A stretch of DNA of 64,000 nucleotides from positions 208,438 through 272,437 of the IMG/VR virus record IMGVR_UViG_3300042889_001503; one strand, given 5' to 3'. Each line of letters begins with the position of its first letter. Within the stretch, counting starts at the first letter, position 1. Positions 1 to 9,011 of this stretch are shown here, in pieces. The notes beneath the pieces are model-generated. The model saw nothing but the letters and a program-made list of their open reading frames with translations. It did not search any database and was not told where the DNA came from. Made by a program: the position numbers and the translations under genes.

Positions 1-524
1 ATCTTCCCATCATAGTTAATTGTTTTTCTATATGCTGTTGGAACGGTTGCTCCGGACGGTAACTTAATTGATTTTGGACCGAAGATACATCTGATTTCAA
101 CTACAACTACTTTATGTGTTTTTGATAGTTCTCGTTCTCTTACTTCAAGTAATCTCCACGTTGTTCTGTTAAGGTTCTCTTGTTGTAGAGAACAATTCAG
201 GTAAGTGAATGTTTTGAATAGAGTTTCTTTATCACAATTAAAGTCGGCCGCGGGAGCTAAATGACCTTTATCGTAAGGGTTTTTTTCGTAATCTTTAGCG
301 TCAGATGTTTTAATTGAATCACAAACATAAAAGTCCATCCCGGTTCTTGACGCAGTTCCATTTGGACATTGAACGGTGTAACGAATAAATTTAGGTTGTT
401 CCAACTTCTCTGAATATACAATCTCAAACATTGGTGTTTTAACCACAATACTATCTCTTAATACTTTTTGTGAAAATGATGTGAATGTGATTAGGGTAAT
501 TAATACTAATAAAATGTTTTTCAT
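1..524 (-). CDS. DNA/RNA non-specific endonuclease (NucA/EndoG family) with signal peptide; 3' end outside window
   Basis: Manual translation MKNILLVLITLITFTSFSQ...YDKGHLAPAADF...QENLNRTTWRLLE; DxGH His-Me motif. Absent from ORF track because no stop lies in the window (the track's 257..448 ORF is an off-frame shadow). Confidence 0.85.
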   Translation of the reverse strand, partial: MKNILLVLITLITFTSFSQKVLRDSIVVKTPMFEIVYSEKLEQPKFIRYTVQCPNGTASRTGMDFYVCDSIKTSDAKDYEKNPYDKGHLAPAADFNCDKETLFKTFTYLNCSLQQENLNRTTWRLLEVRERELSKTHKVVVVEIRCIFGPKSIKLPSGATVPTAYRKTINYDGK

Positions 525-537
525 AATAATGTTTTAC

Positions 538-578
538 TATAAATATCGTAACCATTATTTGTTTTTGTTATATTTATA
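538..578. promoter_or_regulatory. Back-to-back TATTTATA motifs (putative late promoters) driving divergent genes
   Basis: TATAAATA at 538-545 (TATTTATA on minus strand) and TATTTATA at 571-578, 5 nt before ATG 584. Confidence 0.55.
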
Positions 579-583
579 GAGGT

Positions 584-2176
584 ATGAAATTATTAGAAAG
601 TATAAAACAAATTATTACTGAGGCTTCAAAGAAAAAAATCTTAATGGATAAGATTGGTTTTAATGAGGATAATGCTGACCTATTAGATAAATTGTGTGGT
701 CCGTTATCGGTTTGGATGGCAAAAAAAATGATGGAGTTCCAACAATATAGTAGTGGAAGGTTGGGTAATCAAGTAAAAACGGGTTCTGAATTAATAGACC
801 AAATGAATAACAATGGTGTTTTAAGAATGAAACAGAGTGGTATCCAATCTATTATGGATTGGGTTCGGGTTGGTTTAAACGGTAATTTGGGCGAATATAA
901 AGATTTACCTTTTGTTGACTTGGTTTTACAGTCAAAAGAATGGCACGATAATTTGGAAATTGGACAGGGTGATATTAATTATAAAGAACAAAACCCAACT
1001 ATATTAGATTTCACTGATGAAAATGGAAATGGGTTTTATTGGGCTGATTTGAATACAAAAAACTCATCAGAAGAATGTAATAGAATGGGACATTGTGGAA
1101 GAAGTTCTTATGGATATCTTTATTCATTAAGACAAGTAATTCCGATTAACAACAAATATAAATTAAACAAATCAGTTCTAACTGCGGCAATTGGTGAGGA
1201 TGGTATTATGTATCAGTTGAAGGGTGTTAAGAACTCAAAACCAAAAGATGAATACCATCAATACATTCAACCGTTATTCTATGTGTTAGGTGGTGAAGGT
1301 GAAGAAGATGATTATCTAATTCAAGGTTTTGGAACGGAGTACGCATCTGAACAGGATTTTAAATTGTCTGACTTACCGGAACAAACAATCAAAGAATTGT
1401 ATCAAAATAGACCGGAGTTGTTCTCGTCAAGACCTATGCAACGATTGTTAGATAAGATGGGTATTATTGAAATGGAACCATTACCAACAGGATTCTCATT
1501 AGAAATTAAACCTGAGGATTTTGATGATTATGTTGATGGATGTACCTATCGTACTTATACTAATAGAACAACCGGAAAACAAACAAGAACAAGTATTTTT
1601 GTTGAAATAATGGCTGGTGATGCTTGGGATTTGTGGAATCAAGACGGTTACGAAGATTTTGGTAGTTATTTCCAATATACAGTAGACAAACCAACCGAAG
1701 AAAGATTGTGGGATATTGTTAGAAAAATGGCAGAAAGAGATGGTGTTGAATTAGATGAGGATTTAGATTTAGAAGATTCTATCAAACAAGTGGATGATGA
1801 TTGGGAAATAAGAAATGCTATTGGTGGTGCGATAAATGATGCTGACGCAAATGATTATGTAGATTTTCTACAGAAAGAAATTGAGTCGGCGTTAGAGTTT
1901 TATGGTAATGTATATGAATTTAATGACACCGGAGCCAAAATTCAAGTCGATTTAGCTAATTTAGTTGATATTGATGAAGGTTGGGTTGATGAAATATTTG
2001 AAAATCATATGAATAGGGATGGTAAGTATGATTTAGAAGGAATATTTAATGAATTATTATCTGAAAGTCATATTGATAAACCTGACTTTGACCCCGATGA
2101 CAGATGGTATCCATCACCTGATGATAGTGTTGTAAATGAAAATGTTAATTATAGATTAGATGATATAAGTATATGA
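584..2176 (+). CDS. Hypothetical protein, leader-bearing, acidic C-terminal half
   Basis: 530 aa ORF; MKLLESIKQIITEAS leader; ECNRMGHCG motif; D/E-rich C-terminus. Confidence 0.8.
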   Translation: MKLLESIKQIITEASKKKILMDKIGFNEDNADLLDKLCGPLSVWMAKKMMEFQQYSSGRLGNQVKTGSELIDQMNNNGVLRMKQSGIQSIMDWVRVGLNGNLGEYKDLPFVDLVLQSKEWHDNLEIGQGDINYKEQNPTILDFTDENGNGFYWADLNTKNSSEECNRMGHCGRSSYGYLYSLRQVIPINNKYKLNKSVLTAAIGEDGIMYQLKGVKNSKPKDEYHQYIQPLFYVLGGEGEEDDYLIQGFGTEYASEQDFKLSDLPEQTIKELYQNRPELFSSRPMQRLLDKMGIIEMEPLPTGFSLEIKPEDFDDYVDGCTYRTYTNRTTGKQTRTSIFVEIMAGDAWDLWNQDGYEDFGSYFQYTVDKPTEERLWDIVRKMAERDGVELDEDLDLEDSIKQVDDDWEIRNAIGGAINDADANDYVDFLQKEIESALEFYGNVYEFNDTGAKIQVDLANLVDIDEGWVDEIFENHMNRDGKYDLEGIFNELLSESHIDKPDFDPDDRWYPSPDDSVVNENVNYRLDDISI

Positions 2177-2883
2177 GTTTAAGTAAGGATTTAACAATTG
2201 TAATCCCCTGTAAAAATGAGGGATTAATCATAAAGAAAACTTTAGGATTGTTAAACTTGCAAAATAATATTAAAGGTGTAAATGTAATGGTTGCCGATTC
2301 TTCAACGGACGATGGATTCACACAGAAATGTATTCTTGGTTCATACCATACCAACATCAATGTAAAAATAGTTAAAGGGGGATTTCCGGCTGAAGCCAGA
2401 AACAATGGTGTCAAAAAGATAAAAACTCCTTATGTTTTATTTTTGGATGCCGACATATTCATCAACCAATATTGTTTATTAAATTGTATGGTTGAAGTTA
2501 TGAAAGAAAATGATTATCATTTGTCAACAACTAAAATGAGAACTGACGATGGTGATTACAATTATGTGTACAAATCATTTGATGTTATCCAATACTTAAC
2601 CAAATTCTCCACACCCTTTGCGGTTGGAGGATTTATGTTATTTAATTTAGAGGAATTCAATTCATTGGGAGGATTTAATCCGGATGACAAGTTCGCTGAG
2701 GATTATCATTTAAGTTCAAAAATAAAACCAAATAAGTTTTATGTGGCAAACAAAATTGTTTATACCACATCAAGACGATTCAAGAACAAAGGTTTATTCT
2801 ATATGGTTAAGATGATGATTAAATCTTGGTTTAATAGAAATAATGATGAGTTCTTCACAAAGGAACATAATTACTGGACATAA
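2173..2883 (+). CDS. Glycosyltransferase family 2
   Basis: IVIPCKNE, VADSSTD, ARNNG, LFLDAD, GGF...FAED GT-A motifs. Confidence 0.9.
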   Translation: MSLSKDLTIVIPCKNEGLIIKKTLGLLNLQNNIKGVNVMVADSSTDDGFTQKCILGSYHTNINVKIVKGGFPAEARNNGVKKIKTPYVLFLDADIFINQYCLLNCMVEVMKENDYHLSTTKMRTDDGDYNYVYKSFDVIQYLTKFSTPFAVGGFMLFNLEEFNSLGGFNPDDKFAEDYHLSSKIKPNKFYVANKIVYTTSRRFKNKGLFYMVKMMIKSWFNRNNDEFFTKEHNYWT

Positions 2884-3602
2884 TGAAATACAAAACAATA
2901 ATTCTATCAGACATTCACTTGGGTTCCAAATCAAGTAGAGCCAACGATGTTATAGAATTTCTTGAAAACAACACCACAGAGACATTAATATTAAATGGGG
3001 ATATCGTTGATGGTTGGGCACTCAAAAGAGGTGGTAAATGGACCGAAAGTCATACCAAAGTATTGAGAAAGATAATGAAGATGAGTGAGAAAGGTGTGAA
3101 TGTTATTTGGCTTAGAGGAAATCACGATGAGTTCCTAAAAGATTTCATTCCATTTCATTTATCCAATCTAACAATCACGGAGGATTATACCTTCACATCC
3201 ATAGATGGTCGTAAGATGTATGTGTTTCACGGAGATGTATTGGATGTATTCATTACCAAAGCAAAATTTTTAGCTCACATCGGTTCAATAGGTTATGATA
3301 TAGCATTATGGATGAATAGAGTTTACAACAAATATCGTGAGATGAGAGGGTTACCTTATTATTCCATCTCCAAAGATATTAAAAGTGGGGTTAAGAAAGC
3401 CGTTAATTTCATAAATGATTTTGAACATAACGCAATACTATTGGCTTACAAAAAAGGATGTGATGTTGCCGTATGTGGACACATTCATCAACCGGAGTTA
3501 AAAGACAATTATATGAATAGCGGGGATTGGTGTGAAAACTGTACCTCATTAGTGGAAACAAAAAAAGGAACGTGGAAAATAATAGAGTTTCACAAAAAAT
3601 AA
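2883..3602 (+). CDS. UDP-2,3-diacylglucosamine hydrolase-like metallophosphoesterase (LpxH/YbbF-like)
   Basis: SDIHLG, LNGDIVD, RGNHD, FHGD, CGHIH, NSGDWCE motifs. Confidence 0.85.
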   Translation: MKYKTIILSDIHLGSKSSRANDVIEFLENNTTETLILNGDIVDGWALKRGGKWTESHTKVLRKIMKMSEKGVNVIWLRGNHDEFLKDFIPFHLSNLTITEDYTFTSIDGRKMYVFHGDVLDVFITKAKFLAHIGSIGYDIALWMNRVYNKYREMRGLPYYSISKDIKSGVKKAVNFINDFEHNAILLAYKKGCDVAVCGHIHQPELKDNYMNSGDWCENCTSLVETKKGTWKIIEFHKK

Positions 3603-3603
3603 A

Positions 3604-3783
3604 ATGGAATATAAGATAAATACCGAAAATAAAACTATCACAATAACTGATAGTGCTGGAAGAGTTGATGAGATTAAATCATTGATGACTTTATTCCCTG
3701 ACTATACCCTAATTACAGGTATATTCAAGAAGGAATGTGTCTGTAATCCATCCAAAGGTGGTGACGGAATTTGTAAATGTTAA
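3604..3783 (+). CDS. Small hypothetical protein (Cys-rich C-terminus)
   Basis: Manual ORF of 59 aa MEYKINTENK...CVCNPSKGGDGICKC, followed by terminator. Confidence 0.55.
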   Translation: MEYKINTENKTITITDSAGRVDEIKSLMTLFPDYTLITGIFKKECVCNPSKGGDGICKC

Positions 3784-3790
3784 AAAAAAT

Positions 3791-3821
3791 AACCCTAAGA
3801 GTTGAATTCTTGGGGTTTTTT
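3791..3821 (+). terminator. Intrinsic terminator
   Basis: AACCCTAAGA/TCTTGGGGTT stem plus T-run. Confidence 0.7.
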
Positions 3822-3836
3822 ATTTATATTTGTGCT

Positions 3837-3983
3837 ATGGATAATTTAAAAAACTTTATAGTAAATAATAAATACGACTTTTTATCTTTAGGTTGTATAA
3901 TTTTAATGTTCTCTGTTAGTGCGGTATTTGCCATACCATCACTTGTTTTTCTTGTAATCGGAGTAAGTGAATCAAAAAATTAA
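3837..3983 (+). CDS. Small membrane protein
   Basis: MDNLKN start after TATATTTG box (3825-3832); hydrophobic stretch; track start 3777 overlaps the terminator. Confidence 0.6.
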   Translation: MDNLKNFIVNNKYDFLSLGCIILMFSVSAVFAIPSLVFLVIGVSESKN

Positions 3984-4498
3984 TGGGTAAGTTATTACCT
4001 GTACCATATCCCGGTCAATCTATGGATGAATACCGGGAACAATTAGTTAACTTCCAAAAGAATTATTGGAGTTTCTTAAAACCATCCAAAGGTGGAAGTA
4101 AGTTCATCCCTTTACCACCATTAACATTAATCAAAAAAACAAAAGAAATGAGTTCAAAAAAATTAAGCGAACACGTCGAACAAGAATTATTCGACAAAGA
4201 AAAAAGAGTTATACCAAGTGTTTCACCTGAATACAGAGTGAAATTAAACGAAGGAGTTGACCCTAAAAAAGTTATTAAAACAACACCTGTAATCCGTAAA
4301 GAATCTGTATTGGGGTCAGTTGAGGATAAACCGGTTAAAAAGAAAAAACCATACTACAGAAAAAAATACAACAAACCAAAACCTGTTGAGGTTGTGATTC
4401 CGGAATCAACTAACCCAAACACTTTTGTTAGAGGATTTGTAATTGGGGTTATTGTTGGTATTATATTAACATCAATTATTGAAACAATTATAAATTAA
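3983..4498 (+). CDS. Hypothetical protein with basic region and C-terminal TM helix
   Basis: 171 aa; KKKKPYYRKK; FVIGVIVGIILTSII. Confidence 0.65.
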   Translation: MGKLLPVPYPGQSMDEYREQLVNFQKNYWSFLKPSKGGSKFIPLPPLTLIKKTKEMSSKKLSEHVEQELFDKEKRVIPSVSPEYRVKLNEGVDPKKVIKTTPVIRKESVLGSVEDKPVKKKKPYYRKKYNKPKPVEVVIPESTNPNTFVRGFVIGVIVGIILTSIIETIIN

Positions 4499-4513
4499 AA
4501 AACTATTATTTGT

Positions 4514-4633
4514 ATGTGGTTCTATATTTTAATTGTAATATTTGTTGGTTTAGGTGTTGGGTCTTGGTTGTATATAATGTTTGAGTTATTTAGAAATATT
4601 GTTAGACGATTAAAAGAAAAAAAAGATGTTTAA
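4514..4633 (+). CDS. Small membrane protein
   Basis: Manual ORF of 39 aa MWFYILIVIFVGLGVGSWLY. Confidence 0.45.
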   Translation: MWFYILIVIFVGLGVGSWLYIMFELFRNIVRRLKEKKDV

Positions 4634-4943
4634 AGAGGGTGATAAGTATATCCACTTTACCAAGTATGGTGGGATAAATAAAGGTGTTGTTAGTGAATTT
4701 TTTAATACACATTGTATTGATACTAAAAACTGTGTTGCGTATGAAGTTCCCCACGTTAGAAATGAGAATGGAATTGTATTAAATCTTAGAGAAGATGGAC
4801 TTATTTATAAGATAACGCACGAATATTCGGAAGAAGAGTGTGAAAATATAAGAAAAGTTGGGAAATATTATCAAAATAGGAAACAAAACAAAATAGATGA
4901 ATATTTATCCGATGAAGATGTATTAATCTTCCCTAATCTATAA
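4626..4943 (+). CDS. Hypothetical protein
   Basis: 105 aa ORF in co-oriented block. Confidence 0.7.
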   Translation: MFKEGDKYIHFTKYGGINKGVVSEFFNTHCIDTKNCVAYEVPHVRNENGIVLNLREDGLIYKITHEYSEEECENIRKVGKYYQNRKQNKIDEYLSDEDVLIFPNL

Positions 4944-4958
4944 GTAATTCCAACAAAA

Positions 4959-5117
4959 ATGAAATTCATTGCACCTGTCGCAATTCTAGTGATTTTAGTG
5001 TCGCTAGCTCTTTATTTAGTAAAGAAAAAACCTAAACAAATTGTTTCAGAGGAAGTGGTTATTGAACCACCGGTGAAGAAGAAAAGAGTGTATAAAAAGA
5101 AAACAAAGAAGGTATAA
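4959..5117 (+). CDS. Small membrane-anchored basic protein
   Basis: Manual ORF of 52 aa MKFIAPVAILVILVSLALYL...KKKRVYKKKTKKV. Confidence 0.55.
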   Translation: MKFIAPVAILVILVSLALYLVKKKPKQIVSEEVVIEPPVKKKRVYKKKTKKV

Positions 5118-5195
5118 TGGTAACACCTGACCCTTCCGCACCACTACCGTTATTAATCGGTGTGATTTGTTTGTTTGTGATAATAGTGTTGAGAG

Positions 5196-5369
5196 ATGAG
5201 TTTAAAAAAGATAAAGATAAGAGTTAAATTATTATTTGTGTTCCTTGGATGGTGTGTATCAGATATCCGAGAGAACTACGGTGATATGAAATCTCGTTAT
5301 GTTTTGGAAACCGACCCTGAATTATTTGAACTTCAAGAATTTGTTAAAGAACTAATTAAGAAAAAATGA
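5196..5369 (+). CDS. Small hypothetical protein
   Basis: Manual ORF of 57 aa MSLKKIKIRVKLL. Confidence 0.45.
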   Translation: MSLKKIKIRVKLLFVFLGWCVSDIRENYGDMKSRYVLETDPELFELQEFVKELIKKK

Positions 5370-5480
5370 ATGATTGTGTAACTTTTTTGATGTCTGTTAC
5401 GTATAATAACTGACAATAAAGTTGATGAGATAATAAATAAAAAAAACTTTAAAAAAGTTTGGTAGTATTAAAAAAAGTGT

Positions 5481-5488
5481 TATCTTTG
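5481..5488 (+). promoter_or_regulatory. Bacteroidota-type sigmaA promoter -7 box
   Basis: TATCTTTG with upstream TTTG/TTGG near -33. Confidence 0.7.
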
Positions 5489-5494
5489 TCAAAC

Positions 5495-5673
5495 AAATAA
5501 GGAATAAAAGATTATGTCGAAAAAGAGGGGCGGAAACCCAAATACGTCGAAAGATGGTGACAAGGAATGTTAGGCAATCCTAAAACCTAACTGCTAAGAA
5601 TCAAGTGTTATGATTCGGGTTAACAACCTCAACTTATGGTGAAACAAAAAAAGGTTCCTTCGGGAACCTTTTT
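5495..5673 (+). ncRNA. Putative structured non-coding RNA of unknown family
   Basis: Own promoter and terminator; hairpins GGG-CGGAAA-CCC, CGTC-GAAA-GATG (5545-5556), GTTAGG/CCTAAC, GAATCA/TGATTC, GGTT/AACC; only a 19-aa ORF. Confidence 0.5.
5646..5673. terminator. Bidirectional intrinsic terminator with UUCG tetraloop
   Basis: AAAAAAAGGTTCC-TTCG-GGAACCTTTTT between convergent units. Confidence 0.85.
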
Positions 5674-6157
5674 AATTGGGCATATTTCTTGTAAACACAT
5701 CACCATATCTATCAACAATAATTGTTGGGGATTCGTTAACTCTAAATTTAAGATGGTTAGGGTGTTGAATTGATGTATTTATAATTATTTTAATCCTATT
5801 ATGTGTTCCATTTAACCACATATGATAATCAATACCCGCTACATTGTCGATAACATTAATTGAACATCTAACAACACATTCTTGCATTATTCTTCTTGCT
5901 GATTGTATTATTGTTGATTCTATATCCATTATAGAATCGTTAATTTCATCTGGGTCAACTCTTTGAAATGAACTACTAGAACCGACAGACTCCTGAGAAT
6001 GGGGGTTTTTATACAAGTTAATTAAACTATTTTCACTTCTATGTAATCTTCTAATAAAATCTTGTTCACCTAAGATATTATTTACAACAATTTCATATAT
6101 TAAAATTGGTTTTGGTTCTGTATATTCCCTTAATATCTGTCTAATTAATTCCTTCAT
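5672..6157 (-). CDS. Hypothetical protein, leader-bearing
   Basis: Probable start MKELIRQILREY just after TATTTAT on minus strand (6162-6168); track start 6196. Confidence 0.7.
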   Translation of the reverse strand: MKELIRQILREYTEPKPILIYEIVVNNILGEQDFIRRLHRSENSLINLYKNPHSQESVGSSSSFQRVDPDEINDSIMDIESTIIQSARRIMQECVVRCSINVIDNVAGIDYHMWLNGTHNRIKIIINTSIQHPNHLKFRVNESPTIIVDRYGDVFTRNMPN

Positions 6158-6261
6158 AGTAATAAATATATATTTTTTCAATAAATGCTTGTGCAATTAA
6201 AGTAAATGTGTTACTTTTGTCCTATCAAACTGAAACAATAACCTTAACACATACAGAAACT

Positions 6262-6375
6262 ATGAAAACAATTACCTTCACAATGCAAGAGATATGGGCG
6301 GCTTCTCGTCCATCTGTTCAAAAAAGTAAAAAAGCTTACAACAGAAAACCAAAACACAATAAAGATAAGTACTAA
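6262..6375 (+). CDS. Small basic protein, ArfA-like C-terminus
   Basis: Manual ORF of 37 aa MKTITFTMQEIWAASRPSVQKSKKAYNRKPKHNKDKY; own TACTTTTG promoter (6212-6219) and terminator. Confidence 0.6.
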   Translation: MKTITFTMQEIWAASRPSVQKSKKAYNRKPKHNKDKY

Positions 6376-6379
6376 TATC

Positions 6380-6404
6380 AAACCCATCTCCGGATGGGTT
6401 TTTT
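6380..6404 (+). terminator. Intrinsic terminator
   Basis: AAACCCATC-TCCG-GATGGGTTT plus T-run. Confidence 0.8.
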
Positions 6405-6527
6405 ATTTAACGAGAGTAAAAAGTTAAAATAATTACCTTCGTTTTATTTTGGGGAGTAAAAAATTGATAAAATTACCCTCGTAATATAAACGAGAGTAAT
6501 TTTTACCTTCTTGTTATATTTATAGAT

Positions 6528-6896
6528 ATGGATGTTAAAATTAGTGAGGGGAAGTTAGAGTTTTTAATGGATACTATCTTTGATGGTTTGGGTGTAGATG
6601 TCAATCGTCTATCACACAATTTCCAAGTAAGAATGAGTTATTTAGAATTTTTAGCTTCTGTAACAACAAGACGAGAAATGGTTGCTAAATATGATTTTGA
6701 GTGGAATTACATAATTGTGTTTGATGATAAGTTTTATGATTTGGTTAAACCTTGGGTTTCTCGGAAAGTTTATGATGTAATTAAAGAAGATTTAATTAAG
6801 AGAATTTTTAAGGTGTATACCAAGAAATATAAATCAATATATAAAGAGGAGCCTAAATCAATTAAATTTGTTGATAAGGATTTTAATAAAGTTTAA
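6528..6896 (+). CDS. Hypothetical protein, leader-like start
   Basis: MDVKISEGKL; TATTTATA at 6517-6524. Confidence 0.7.
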   Translation: MDVKISEGKLEFLMDTIFDGLGVDVNRLSHNFQVRMSYLEFLASVTTRREMVAKYDFEWNYIIVFDDKFYDLVKPWVSRKVYDVIKEDLIKRIFKVYTKKYKSIYKEEPKSIKFVDKDFNKV

Positions 6897-6906
6897 TAAA
6901 AAAAAG

Positions 6907-6934
6907 AAGGAAGTAGTTGTTACTTCCTTTTTTT
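6907..6934 (+). terminator. Intrinsic terminator
   Basis: AAGGAAGTA/TACTTCCTT stem plus T-run. Confidence 0.75.
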
Positions 6935-6951
6935 ATGCCTACTTTTGTCGA

Positions 6952-7443
6952 ATGGAAATGGACTTTACAAAATACTCGGTAGAAGAATTAAGAGAACTTC
7001 AAAACAAGATTGGTTATTATTTACAAACTCGTAATGATGATTTTGTTTATATCTGTGAGATTAGGTCGTATGGTAAAAATTGGGTGAATAAATACACCAA
7101 TGAACTTGCTGTGAATGATTTGTGTGCTGATTACGATGGTTATGATGGTATCGTGGATGTATATACAACCAATCCGGACGCTAACATTAGTAACTATGGT
7201 GAGGTTAATTACATTAAATCTGAGGACCAATACCGTAAGTGGAAACAGAGTGAGACATTAATCTCTCAGATAAAAAGTGCGGAAGATAAGTTGGCGAAAT
7301 GGAATGATAGAGATAACATCCCATTCCATTCAAGACCAACCTTTGCTCCGATGTGGACAGAACAAGATATCCTTGGGTGGAGAAATGAATTAGAAACAAT
7401 TGAGTGGGATTATGAAGAGCCCGTTTCAATTAAAAAAAAGTGA
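6952..7443 (+). CDS. Hypothetical protein
   Basis: Probable start MEMDFTK after TACTTTTG (6940-6947); track start 6868. Confidence 0.7.
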   Translation: MEMDFTKYSVEELRELQNKIGYYLQTRNDDFVYICEIRSYGKNWVNKYTNELAVNDLCADYDGYDGIVDVYTTNPDANISNYGEVNYIKSEDQYRKWKQSETLISQIKSAEDKLAKWNDRDNIPFHSRPTFAPMWTEQDILGWRNELETIEWDYEEPVSIKKK

Positions 7444-7859
7444 AGACGATTATGATGAATAACGATTCTTATACAGGAAATGAAATGGGTGATAAACCGA
7501 AAGAGTTGACTATGAAAGAGATTAACGAGAAATATGTTAATCGTATTATTGAGTCATTAGAGAATGACAAAGAACTTTGGGTGAGAGAAGTCATGTGTGG
7601 AATGGGAGGATGTTTTGTGGATTATTATAGTCCAAAATATTCAACTAAAGATGGAGGAACTTTACAATTCTCGGACAAGGAATATGCCAAAGCTCATATT
7701 GATGGGAGACCTGCTTGGGAAATTCCATTTTGGATGTATCATAACCCATTTAGTGACAAGTCAAGAAGATTAAGAAGAGCGATGGATGTAATGAGAGTAT
7801 ATCTTATTAACAAGAAAGACAACGAGTATAAAGATAAATTAAGTAAATCAATTGAATAA
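7440..7859 (+). CDS. Hypothetical protein
   Basis: 139 aa ORF overlapping neighbours. Confidence 0.65.
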   Translation: MKTIMMNNDSYTGNEMGDKPKELTMKEINEKYVNRIIESLENDKELWVREVMCGMGGCFVDYYSPKYSTKDGGTLQFSDKEYAKAHIDGRPAWEIPFWMYHNPFSDKSRRLRRAMDVMRVYLINKKDNEYKDKLSKSIE

Positions 7860-8061
7860 TATGTGGGTAGAAACTAAAATAGTGATGGATGGTGGTTACC
7901 AAGAGGCAATCATCTCACAAAATGAAACACAAAACGCAATTGTCTTAAATATTGTTGAGGTTGAAGAACCGGGTTCGGCAAGATTGTATATGTCTTATGA
8001 TGAGGCGTTAAGATTGGCAAATGAGTTAATAGATTTTGTAAGTAAAAACAGAGGGAAATAA
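7852..8061 (+). CDS. Hypothetical protein
   Basis: 69 aa, translationally coupled. Confidence 0.65.
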   Translation: MNNMWVETKIVMDGGYQEAIISQNETQNAIVLNIVEVEEPGSARLYMSYDEALRLANELIDFVSKNRGK

Positions 8062-8669
8062 TGGAAGGATACATTTATTTAGGGGAATATTACGATGTGA
8101 TTGGTAGACCTGTTGCTTTACCGGATAAAAAAATAGGGTTTTCTAAAGTTCCGGTTTCAAGAGAATATCAACTCAATAGAACTAAGTCTCCGATTGGATA
8201 TAGAGTTCTTGAAGTTTATAAGGTTGATAATATGAATAAGGTTGAAAAAATGTTACATTCCATATTGGATAGCCGTAGGTTAGTTGGGGAGTGGTTTAGA
8301 GATGATGAAGATACATTAACCGGTGACTTTATTAACTTTATGATTTCTTATGGTGGTGTAGTATCAAGTATTAGTGAGATTAAAGAATCAAAAGAATTTT
8401 TAGAATCTACTCCTGATACAAGATTAATTGATTTGGCAAACAAATTATGTAACGATACAATATTAATTAGAACTTATTTAGGTAATGACTATGAAGTGAC
8501 CCTTACAACGAAAGGCATGTTGGTATTCAATGGGGAGTCATTTGACACACCAAATAAGTTATACAATAATGGGGTGGTAAAGTTTGTTAAAGGTGTTAAA
8601 GGTGGTAGTGGAACAAATAACCTATCACAATTTAAATTTAAATTAACGGGTGAGCGTTTAAAAGATTAA
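8061..8669 (+). CDS. T5orf172/GIY-YIG-superfamily domain protein
   Basis: GYIYL...KKIGFSK...VEKMLHSIL...RLVGEWF. Confidence 0.7.
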   Translation: MEGYIYLGEYYDVIGRPVALPDKKIGFSKVPVSREYQLNRTKSPIGYRVLEVYKVDNMNKVEKMLHSILDSRRLVGEWFRDDEDTLTGDFINFMISYGGVVSSISEIKESKEFLESTPDTRLIDLANKLCNDTILIRTYLGNDYEVTLTTKGMLVFNGESFDTPNKLYNNGVVKFVKGVKGGSGTNNLSQFKFKLTGERLKD

Positions 8670-8671
8670 TT

Positions 8672-9007
8672 ATGGAAAAGAAATTAGGAAAGATTGAGTC
8701 AATAAGTTTTGGTCTTGGTGGTTATCAGGGAGCAATGATTGGTCTTCACGTTACATTAGGTAATGGAAGTTGGGGTGTTGGAGATTCAAGAGCCAATTGG
8801 GATGCGGAGCAAATAAAGTGGTCCGAACATAGCAAATGGACAGAAGAAGATAGAGACGGTTGGTATGCTGAAATTATGAGATATGTTTCATCGTTACTAA
8901 AAGACGCTAAGGTTAACTCAGTTGACCAATTAAAAGGAAAACCGGTTGAGGTAACCTTTGATGGTAATATGTTAAAGAGTTGGAGAATACTAACTGAAGT
9001 ATTATAG
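8672..9007 (+). CDS. Hypothetical phage protein
   Basis: 111 aa ORF. Confidence 0.7.
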   Translation: MEKKLGKIESISFGLGGYQGAMIGLHVTLGNGSWGVGDSRANWDAEQIKWSEHSKWTEEDRDGWYAEIMRYVSSLLKDAKVNSVDQLKGKPVEVTFDGNMLKSWRILTEVL

Positions 9008-9011
9008 TATT

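Noticed and set aside
5521-5575. c-di-GMP-I (GEMM) riboswitch, or hammerhead/twister/pistol ribozyme call for the 5.5-kb RNA
   Set aside because: Only partial resemblance; conserved cores could not be matched by eye and no downstream gene is regulated. Left as unknown pending Infernal.
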